A stretch of DNA of 64,000 bases. Source: an uncultured bacterium (GTDB taxonomy: Bacteria; Patescibacteriota; Minisyncoccia; Moranbacterales; GWC2-37-73). Shown here in pieces: positions 56,620 to 64,000 of the stretch. The notes beneath the pieces are model-generated. The model did not search any database. It was not told where the DNA came from and saw only the letters and a list, made by a program, of their open reading frames with translations. The DNA is taken from assembly GCA_903851135.1 (NCBI GenBank), contig CAINNK010000021.1:441-64440 (forward strand), read 5' to 3'. The translations under genes and the position numbers were made by a program. Within the stretch, counting starts at the first letter, position 1. Each line of letters begins with the position of its first letter.

Positions 56620-57429
56620 TTAGCTGCTTGCACTCGAATAATGCCTGAGGGAAAATTTCCAGAACCAACGCGCTAGCACAAAAAAAACAGCAGCTACCAA
56701 AAAGGAAAGTCCGAAAAATTGCCAATCAACTGCCCTCCAAGTCAACATTTTAGCTGGCACCGTGGCTACAAAAGCCAACGGAATCACAAAAGTAAAAAAT
56801 GCTCGCAAAATTTTTTGAGAATAAATATCAGTTGGATATTGAGAATTATCAAACAACTTGTCCATCAAGAGCCACAAACTTGTCACTTCAATAATCCAAA
56901 AACCGGCGCATCGCACAATCAAATTAACACTATACATAATAATCACGCCATTTAACAAAGTCAACAAAAATAAAAACAGCTGCAAAGAAGTTATGCCAGC
57001 AATATTTTCCGCCACCAAAAAAAGCAAACAAACACCAGTGATAATCCTGACGACATCTTCTAAATCACCTCTCCAAAAAGAAACAAAAAATTGAGTATCA
57101 ATAGGTTTAAGTAAAATACCGTCTAAAGAACCATCTTTGATTTGCAGACTAAGCGAATTTAAGTTAGCAAAAAGAATCCACGCAAGTCCCTCCATGATCA
57201 TGTAAGTTCCAACAATTGCCAACACCTGATAGAATGTCCAACCCGCTAAAGAAGTAATGTAATTGAAATTTATTTTAATAAAAAGCACATGCAAAAACAT
57301 GACGAGCAGTATGGTGGCCAACAAGTTTAAAAAAGACATTGGATATGCCATTTTTTTCATTAAATTAAATTTTTGCAAATGCAAAAAAATCTGAAAATAT
57401 TTTTTCAAACTAGATGCCATAACTTTCAT
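56620..57429 (-). CDS. ABC-2 family permease
   Basis: AGWT, IKDGSLDGILLKP, YPTDIY, YSSASS. Confidence 0.88.
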   Translation of the reverse strand: MKVMASSLKKYFQIFLHLQKFNLMKKMAYPMSFLNLLATILLVMFLHVLFIKINFNYITSLAGWTFYQVLAIVGTYMIMEGLAWILFANLNSLSLQIKDGSLDGILLKPIDTQFFVSFWRGDLEDVVRIITGVCLLFLVAENIAGITSLQLFLFLLTLLNGVIIMYSVNLIVRCAGFWIIEVTSLWLLMDKLFDNSQYPTDIYSQKILRAFFTFVIPLAFVATVPAKMLTWRAVDWQFFGLSFLVAAVFFVLARWFWKFSLRHYSSASS

Positions 57430-58201
57430 ATCTCTTAACTCCTCTTAAATATAAAAACAAACTAAGCAAAGAAAGGCCCACGCACCAAATCAATGGAATC
57501 AAAATTATCGACCAATCAAAACTCAAGCGTCCAGTCACAAAACTGACCGGCACAAAAAACAAAAACTTAAACGGCGACCATTGGCTAACCACCAATAACC
57601 ATCTTGGCATCAAATCAAGCGGCAGCAGTGTCCCCTGCATGAAGCTAACGATTGTGAAAAAAGTATAAAGTGGCCCATGATAGTCAACAGTCCAAAAAGA
57701 AATAACTCCAGCAATAAAATAAATCAAAAAGTAAAGCACGAAACTAACCAAGGCAATAGCTGCAAAAATCACATAAGTCATCATGCTCTCTGCTCGCGTC
57801 AAATAATTTCTCAACAAGAAAACAGCCACCAAAAGAGGAGGAACAAAAATTATCAAACGATAAGTGAGCCCACCGACTGCTTGCGCAAATTTATATTTCA
57901 AATAATTAATTGGCTTGAGTATGCTACCAATAATCTGTCCATTTTTAATCTCTTCACCTATTCCCCAGGAAACATCAAGGCTCATAATTAAAAGTTCAAA
58001 AATTGCCACAAAAACATAATAAGTGATAATTTGAGCCAGTGAATAATTCCCTATTTGATTACCTTGTCCGTAAATTGTTGTCCAAAGAAAAAAAAGCACT
58101 ATAAAAGAAAAGGACGTTGCCAGCATACGAATGAAAGTGTCAGCTCGATAAGCCAAACTTTTTTTCATACTATTTGTAATAGTCGCCAAATATTTACCCA
58201 T
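57410..58201 (-). CDS. ABC-2 family permease
   Basis: LAYRAD, EIKNGQI...LKP, GTLLPLDLMP, YESYGI. Confidence 0.88.
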   Translation of the reverse strand: MGKYLATITNSMKKSLAYRADTFIRMLATSFSFIVLFFLWTTIYGQGNQIGNYSLAQIITYYVFVAIFELLIMSLDVSWGIGEEIKNGQIIGSILKPINYLKYKFAQAVGGLTYRLIIFVPPLLVAVFLLRNYLTRAESMMTYVIFAAIALVSFVLYFLIYFIAGVISFWTVDYHGPLYTFFTIVSFMQGTLLPLDLMPRWLLVVSQWSPFKFLFFVPVSFVTGRLSFDWSIILIPLIWCVGLSLLSLFLYLRGVKRYESYGI

Positions 58202-58211
58202 AATTAACTGT

Positions 58212-58259
58212 GCAACTTGGAGGCTAAGCCTCCTATAGGAGGCTTAGCCTCCAAGTTGC
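58212..58259. repeat. 48-bp perfect palindrome, REP-like doublet
   Basis: GCAACTTGGAGGCTAAGCCTCCTA|TAGGAGGCTTAGCCTCCAAGTTGC. Confidence 0.9.
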
Positions 58260-58269
58260 CATCCTTTAT

Positions 58270-59252
58270 TTATTTCGTAAAAATATGTCTAATAATATTT
58301 TCAATATCTTCTTCATCGATTTCCAAATCTCCAACTTCAAAATCACTAGCCAGAATTTTGCCTGTCACATTTTTCACTTCACTGCGAGGAACTTCAAAAC
58401 AAACCTTAGTTGGCTCAAATTCAACAACCTTGCCAAATTCTTCAGCCTGCTTGCGAGAAATTTCTTGCTCGAAATATATTGTGACCTTTTTGTTTGGTGC
58501 ATATTTCGCAATCAAATCCTCCAGTTGCCCATCATAAACAATCTTTCCCAAATCAATAATTACAATCCGCCTGCAAAGCTGGGCGATATCTTCCATATAA
58601 TGGGAAGTCAAAATAATCGTGGTTTTTCTTTCTTTGTTGTATTTTTTGATAAAGTCTCGAATCTTTTTTTGCGCTACCACATCCAAGCCAATAGTTGGCT
58701 CATCCAAAAATAAAACCTCTGGATTGTGCAGCAAGGCTGCAATCAATTCACATTTCATGCGCTCGCCCAAAGAAAGTTGGCGCACTTGTTTGTTGACGAT
58801 TTCACCCACATCCAAGAGCTTAATCATTTCAGAGAGATTTTTTTCAAAGTCTTCATCGCTAACTTCATAGATTTTTTTGTTAAGCAAAAAACTTTCCATC
58901 GCTGGCAAGTCCCACCAAAGTTGCATCTTTTGACCCATCACAAAAGCAAATTGCATTTGATATTCTTTTTGCCGTTTGATTGGCTCATATCCCAGCACGC
59001 TCACTTTTCCGGAGGTTGGAGTCAGAATTCCAGAAAGCATTTTGAGCGTCGTGGTTTTCCCAGCGCCATTTGGACCCAAAAAACCAACCAATTCACCTTT
59101 TTCAATTTCAAAACTTACATTTTTCACCGCCTCCTTTTGTTTTTTTCAGCCTTAAAAAGATTCAAAAAAGAATTTTTTAAACCCGGCTTTTTCTCAACAT
59201 ATTCATACGTCTTGCAAAGATTTTTAACTTCAATGATTGGTTTTATTTTCAT
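58270..59252 (-). CDS. ABC transporter ATP-binding protein with a frameshift at an A7 tract (59140-59146)
   Basis: GPNGAGKTT, LSLGERMK, DEPTIGLD. The N-terminus MKIKPIIEVKNLCKTY starts at 59252 in a different frame. Confidence 0.85.
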
Positions 59253-59270
59253 ACAACCGATACGAAACTA

Positions 59271-59344
59271 CCTGCCCGCAATGCTTAAAGCATTGCGATA
59301 CCCACCCGCATCACTACGTGAAACGTTTTGGGCGGGCAGGCGGG
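59271..59344. repeat. GC-rich palindromic element nested in a TACGAAT arm
   Basis: CCTGCCCGCAATGCTTAAAGCATTGCG...GGGCGGGCAGGCGGG splitting CTA^CGAAT. Confidence 0.7.
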
Positions 59345-59429
59345 CGAATTAAATACGAATCTAATCTACGAATTTTTCGGCAAATACTATCATGCTCGAT
59401 AGTGTGATAATATTTGCTTTTAAGCAAAT

Positions 59430-60671
59430 TTATTTCTTCAGTAAACTAATCAGATCTTTAATTGCAATAATCTCATTTGCCTGCTCACTGCGTTTTTTCA
59501 GTTCCACTCCGCCCGCTTCTAAAGATTTTTTGCTAATAACAACCCGATAGGGAATCCCAATCAAATCGCTGCCGGCAAATTTTTCGCCAGCGCTTACATC
59601 GCGATCATCAAACAAGACTTCCACTCCAGCCGCAGAAAGATCTGCATAAATTTTTTCCGCTTGTTCATCTTGTCCAAGACTCACCAAATGAACTGCAAAC
59701 GGTGCAATACTTGCTGGCCACATCAAACCTTTTTCATCTGCAAAAAGCTCCGCTATTACGCCCATCAACCGACTGACTCCGATTCCATAACAACCCATAA
59801 TTATGGACTTTTTCTCACCTTTTTCATCGTTGTAATATAAATCAAGAGCATCAGTATATTTCGACTCAAGATGAAAAGTGTTGCCAACCTCAACACCTTT
59901 TTTCTGCACAAGCTTCTTACGTTCAAGTCCAAGTTTTGCCAAATTTTCATCTGTCAAAATCTCTTCATTAATAGCAATTTTTTTGTCTTCATCCACATAA
60001 ATATTGTCTTCGCCAACCTCGCTTAGAGTTTGAAACTCGTCACTGAAACGCGGAGTGAAAATTCCACCATCAGCATAAGTTCGATAGGTAATGTCGCCCA
60101 AACCTAAACGAGTATAAACTTTGAAATAAGCTGCCACAATTTTTTCATATTCTTCTTCGTGTTGCTTTTGATCACGACAAAAAGTATACATATCTTTCAT
60201 CAAAAATTCGCGTCCCCGCAAAAGCCCACTTTTGGCTCTAAGTTCATTGCGAAATTTGTTTTGAATCTGATAAACCGCAAAAGGCATATCTTTGTAAGAA
60301 CTAACATAATTACTGACAGCATCTACAATTGGTTCTTCGTGAGTTAAGCCCACTCCAAGTTCAGTTCCGTTCACAAGTTTGGTTTTGAACCAATTGTCTA
60401 CTTTAGCATCACTCCAGCGATCAGTTTTCTCCCAAATATCCTTGGGCTGCAAAGTCGTCATCAACACCTCTTGTCCGCCCACGCCATTCATTTCTTCGCG
60501 CACGATTCTCTTGATATTTTCAATCACTCGAAGTCCTAGAGGCATATAAGCATAAACGCCAGCCATTTCTTTATGAATAAAACCAGCTTGAATCAAAAGT
60601 TGTGCATTTTTGGAAACCTCATCAGCTGGAACCGTTTTGCTAGTTTTGGTAAATAATCTTGATTGTTTCAT
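59430..60671 (-). CDS. proS: Proline-tRNA ligase (short form without editing insertion)
   Basis: MKQSRLF, THEE, KFRNELR..GLLRGREFLMKD, MGCYGIGVSR. Confidence 0.96.
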   Translation of the reverse strand: MKQSRLFTKTSKTVPADEVSKNAQLLIQAGFIHKEMAGVYAYMPLGLRVIENIKRIVREEMNGVGGQEVLMTTLQPKDIWEKTDRWSDAKVDNWFKTKLVNGTELGVGLTHEEPIVDAVSNYVSSYKDMPFAVYQIQNKFRNELRAKSGLLRGREFLMKDMYTFCRDQKQHEEEYEKIVAAYFKVYTRLGLGDITYRTYADGGIFTPRFSDEFQTLSEVGEDNIYVDEDKKIAINEEILTDENLAKLGLERKKLVQKKGVEVGNTFHLESKYTDALDLYYNDEKGEKKSIIMGCYGIGVSRLMGVIAELFADEKGLMWPASIAPFAVHLVSLGQDEQAEKIYADLSAAGVEVLFDDRDVSAGEKFAGSDLIGIPYRVVISKKSLEAGGVELKKRSEQANEIIAIKDLISLLKK

Positions 60672-60727
60672 ATTGTTCACTTTAAAATTATATTGTTAGT
60701 ATATCCTCATTTAACCTAAAAATCAAC

Positions 60728-60750
60728 AAAAAAACAGCTCCGAGCTGTTT
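60728..60750 (-). terminator. Intrinsic terminator
   Basis: A-run then CAGCTC-c-GAGCTG-TTT. Confidence 0.65.
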
Positions 60751-60777
60751 AAAATTTTCATCTAAAAAAATATTATA

Positions 60778-61035
60778 TTAAGCTAATTTCGAAAAAACTA
60801 GCTTTTCCAATTTAATTGTGCGATTTTCTAGTTTTGCAAACTCATCATAAGAAACTTTGCGTTTCAAATCATGTTTAATATCTGTAAGATCATCTTGAAT
60901 TTGATCCAATCTTCGCACGACATCGCCATATTGTTCGGAAACAACCGCAATACCATCATTCATGCTTTCCAGCATCGACATAACTTCTCCGAAACCATAA
61001 GCTTTTTTAGTTGTGTTTTTTGCTTGTTTCTTCAT
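60778..61035 (-). CDS. Small coiled-coil hypothetical protein (85 aa)
   Basis: ATG 61035 (MKKQAKN); the longer ORF-track call overlaps the HIT gene. Confidence 0.7.
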   Translation of the reverse strand: MKKQAKNTTKKAYGFGEVMSMLESMNDGIAVVSEQYGDVVRRLDQIQDDLTDIKHDLKRKVSYDEFAKLENRTIKLEKLVFSKLA

Positions 61036-61078
61036 GTTTTTAATTTTACTCTTTTTTTCTTTTCTGTCAAAAAAGCAA

Positions 61079-61531
61079 TTACCCTCGGATTTTCTCCGCC
61101 AACTTTTCCAACTCACCATCATCGGCTCTTTTGAAATCATGCGAGGAAACATAGCCTTCATATTTTTCAAAATATTTTTCCACGTCAGAATTTGCTTGCT
61201 CCCAGTTTTCTTTTTTGGTGCCGTGCATAGGAAAAAGTTTGGCGTGCACGTGGTCAACTCCAAAGCCTTCAAAAATCATAGCGGTGCGCCCAACATCTTC
61301 AAACTTTTTGTCCAGAAGCTTGGCCACTTTGCCAGCTGTTTCAATCAAATCCGTGCGAACTTTCTGAGGTAAATCAAAAACATAACTCGAATAATGTTTC
61401 TTTGGAATCACCACCGAAAAACCTTCCGTGTTGGGAAAAATCGAAAGAAAGGCCAAGTGATTTTCATCCTCCCAAATTTTGTGACACGGAACTGTCCCTG
61501 CGACAATTTTGCAAAAAATACAATCAGGCAT
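61079..61531 (-). CDS. HIT family hydrolase
   Basis: DCIFCKIV, AFLSIFP, VIPKKH, VDHVHAKLFP. Confidence 0.9.
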   Translation of the reverse strand: MPDCIFCKIVAGTVPCHKIWEDENHLAFLSIFPNTEGFSVVIPKKHYSSYVFDLPQKVRTDLIETAGKVAKLLDKKFEDVGRTAMIFEGFGVDHVHAKLFPMHGTKKENWEQANSDVEKYFEKYEGYVSSHDFKRADDGELEKLAEKIRG

Positions 61532-61558
61532 ATAAGTTATAAAGTTAAAAGTAATGAC

Positions 61559-63235
61559 TTACTCCGCGTGTTCAGTGGGAATTTCAATAATAAATCGACT
61601 GCCCAAACCTGCGCCATCGGACTCAACCCAAACTTGTCCATTATGGTTTTGCGCAATCGCCTTGCCAACATAAAGACCCAGACCGGTGCCACCGACATGG
61701 AGACGTGAGACATCTTTGCCACGAGAAAACTTTCGGAAAAGATAAGGGATTTCTTCCTTTGAAACTCCAATTCCCGTGTCAGAAACTGTGATACGAATCA
61801 TTTTGCCAAACTGTGATTTTTTGTCGGCAATCACAAAACCATTTTCATCAATAACCACTCCCTCATCTCTGACTTCGGCTTTGATGGTGACTCCACCTTT
61901 TTCTGTGTACTTCAAAGCATTATCAACAAAATTTGAAACCAACTCTCGAATTTTGAACTGATCCATCATAATTTCAGGCATTGGCGTTTCCGGTAATTTC
62001 AATTCCAAATAAAATTTCTTCTCCTTTGCGCTCAAGATGAAATTATCATAAAGCTCCTTTAAAAGTTTTCCAATATTTGCCTTTTCAAACACAAAATTCA
62101 TCCTTCCAGATTCAATACGCGAAACATTCAAGAGGTCTTCAATGAGCGCAACCAATCGCTCACTGGAAATATAGACTTTTTCAAGCGCCCCTTGAACGCC
62201 TGCACCAATCTCACCGTAAGATCCTTCCAAAATTAGCGAAACAAAACCCTTAACGGCGGTGATTGGAGTTCTGAGTTGATGTGAAGCAATTGAAATGAAT
62301 TCCGTCTTAGCATTGTCCAGTTTTCGCAGCTGGTCATTGGCACTCGCCAGACTATCCGCCATCAATTGAAGTTGCTCTTTTCTTTGAACTTCAAACTTAA
62401 CAGATTTTATAAGGAAAACACCAAATATAATTGAAAAAATCAAAATAAGAGTAGTTAATAAATATGAGTCAAGGCTGTTTGCTAGGAAATATTCAGAACC
62501 AATAAGTAACCAAATAGAATAAGTAAGAGCCTGTGCCGCAATAAGTTTTATATCTAACAGTTGATATCTAACCATAGAATATGCCAATATGGAAACAAAA
62601 ATAACTATACCAACTGGTGTCAGCATATAAAAATAATCAGAAGAGGAAAAGTTAACAAGCAACACTACAGAAAAAAACCATAGAACTACAAATGTGAGAC
62701 TGGCTGCTATGAGTTTTATTTGTTTAACAGCTTTGTCATCATGACCCTTTCTTTCATTATAAAAATTTTTCAGCACTCCAACAGAAATGCTCAGAAATAA
62801 TATACTCACAATAAAGACATACTTAATCAGTGGTCCATAGGAAGCTGAACACGTATTTTGATCATATATATAGGCATTATAATCAGTAAACAAAAGTAAT
62901 ATAATAGGCAAGAAAGGTATCGACAATATGATTTTTTTCAACCGGGAAATACTTCTGCCAGTAAATTCCACAATAAAACAAAAGAATGGCAGAATGGAAA
63001 CAGATGTAAGTAAAGCAAGCCTTGTAAAAAAAAGGTTTATTCGCGGATCAAAAAATTCCCAGCCACCAATATCTGAAATTATCCAGAGGCATAGAAACAT
63101 CGTAGAAAGGAAAAGATACCTATTAGCATTATTCTTTCTGTCGGAAAACAAAACTATAAAGCCTATCGTCAAACTCAACAATAATGCAGGAACATGGGTT
63201 ACAAAAAGAAGATTAGGAACTCCGAATTGACACAT
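61559..63235 (-). CDS. Sensor histidine kinase with N-terminal multi-TM (HisKA_7TM-like) domain
   Basis: TM array; EFISIASHQLRTP, NFVDNALKYT, DTGIG, GTGLGLY. Confidence 0.92.
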   Translation of the reverse strand: MCQFGVPNLLFVTHVPALLLSLTIGFIVLFSDRKNNANRYLFLSTMFLCLWIISDIGGWEFFDPRINLFFTRLALLTSVSILPFFCFIVEFTGRSISRLKKIILSIPFLPIILLLFTDYNAYIYDQNTCSASYGPLIKYVFIVSILFLSISVGVLKNFYNERKGHDDKAVKQIKLIAASLTFVVLWFFSVVLLVNFSSSDYFYMLTPVGIVIFVSILAYSMVRYQLLDIKLIAAQALTYSIWLLIGSEYFLANSLDSYLLTTLILIFSIIFGVFLIKSVKFEVQRKEQLQLMADSLASANDQLRKLDNAKTEFISIASHQLRTPITAVKGFVSLILEGSYGEIGAGVQGALEKVYISSERLVALIEDLLNVSRIESGRMNFVFEKANIGKLLKELYDNFILSAKEKKFYLELKLPETPMPEIMMDQFKIRELVSNFVDNALKYTEKGGVTIKAEVRDEGVVIDENGFVIADKKSQFGKMIRITVSDTGIGVSKEEIPYLFRKFSRGKDVSRLHVGGTGLGLYVGKAIAQNHNGQVWVESDGAGLGSRFIIEIPTEHAE

Positions 63236-63467
63236 ATTTTTAAATTATTTATGTATTTTTTAAAAAGTTAACCAATACAAACCATCAATTAAAGCTTAAA
63301 TAATAGCAATATTATTAAAAGAAAAAATATTATCTTTAATAATTATACCACTTTAAAACAAATGCTTCAATAGATTAGCCTCGATGCTTACAAAATAAGA
63401 TTCAATAAAAGTTAACATTATGAAAAACAAATCAACAAAAAACAGGATAATAACTATTTATTAGTTA

Positions 63468-64000
63468 TTATCCTGTTATTATATCCCTACGACATTTTCC
63501 AGCTATGTAGTCTACTGGACCATCTATGTTCCATGGCCATTTTTCAATGCGACGAACGATATTTTCATTATGTTTAAAATATCTTTTTATCACATCGCTA
63601 AGACCACTGTCTGCACGTGCATGCATGGAAAAATAATTTATTCCCATCTTTGCAGCCTCAGAAACAAAGACTTGCATCATACGAAAGAAGCTTCTTCCAC
63701 CAGCAAGGCTCCCTGTAAGTTCTGGCGACATCTCAATTGTTTCTACATAGAAACAATTCTCCTTTTCCTCCATAAGTGGATCTTCCACAATAAGATCCTC
63801 TCTCGCAACGTTATGCGGTGTTGCAAGCAAAAATCCAAGCAAATTTTCGCCATCCAGAAGGACAACAACTAAATTCTTTGGATCAATTATGGATTCAGCA
63901 TAATAGGAGATATCTGCGTATTCGTTCCAACCACTAGGAAAAGCTTTCCTGCGCAATTCCATCAATTGATTCAATATAGAATCATTGGGTTCCCTAAGAA
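63468..64000 (-). CDS. GNAT-fold-like hypothetical protein (5' end beyond the window)
   Basis: Frame open to the right edge; VVVLLDGENLLGFLLATP, FYVETIEM, EAAKMG..FSMHAR. Confidence 0.6.
   Translation of the reverse strand, partial: LREPNDSILNQLMELRRKAFPSGWNEYADISYYAESIIDPKNLVVVLLDGENLLGFLLATPHNVAREDLIVEDPLMEEKENCFYVETIEMSPELTGSLAGGRSFFRMMQVFVSEAAKMGINYFSMHARADSGLSDVIKRYFKHNENIVRRIEKWPWNIDGPVDYIAGKCRRDIITG

Noticed and set aside
61079-61531. HIT motif HVHAK lacking the third His
   Set aside because: Looks like a subfamily variant; nothing else suggests novelty.
1123-63872. Numerous plus-strand and nested short ORFs
   Set aside because: Antisense or alternate-frame shadows of well-supported genes. 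Only 15007-15273 and 29575-29718 have independent promoter support.
1-64000. Alternative genetic code (UGA=Gly/Trp)
   Set aside because: Conserved genes are full length under code 11 and several end in TGA (e.g. porD, dnaJ).

Overview
An AT-rich bacterial chromosomal window with almost all genes on the minus strand. It uses the standard code (TGA serves as stop). Gene content suggests Patescibacteria/CPR, plausibly Ca. Moranbacteria-like (inference). Housekeeping content: porCDAB, ADP-forming acetate-CoA ligase, eno, pgk, a MacAB-like exporter, rnhA, recJ, dnaJ, infA-rpmJ-rpsM-rpsK-rpsD-rpoA-rplQ-rplM-rpsI, an FtsA-like plus baseplate-J-like pair, mraY, scpAB, aspS, ispH, an ABC-2 transporter, proS and a 7TM histidine kinase. 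I recognised no rRNA, tRNA, CRISPR array or transposase. The most striking feature is non-coding. Many intercistronic gaps, including 6 of 8 in the ribosomal operon, are filled nearly stop-to-start by ~80-150 bp imperfect inverted repeats built from degenerate 7-10 nt units, in several families. One carries a GxxExxY nuclease-like gene in its loop inside the por operon, and an empty sibling lies in the same operon. A 30-nt double-hairpin mini-element is inserted in frame in porB and inside two of the larger elements. Other leads are a GNAT-like enzyme beside a 7TM sensor kinase, small promoter-bearing membrane-protein cassettes, a pseudo-receiver with a zinc ribbon, a stand-alone anticodon-binding domain, and two homopolymer frameshifts. 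All calls come from reading the sequence by eye; no searches were run.
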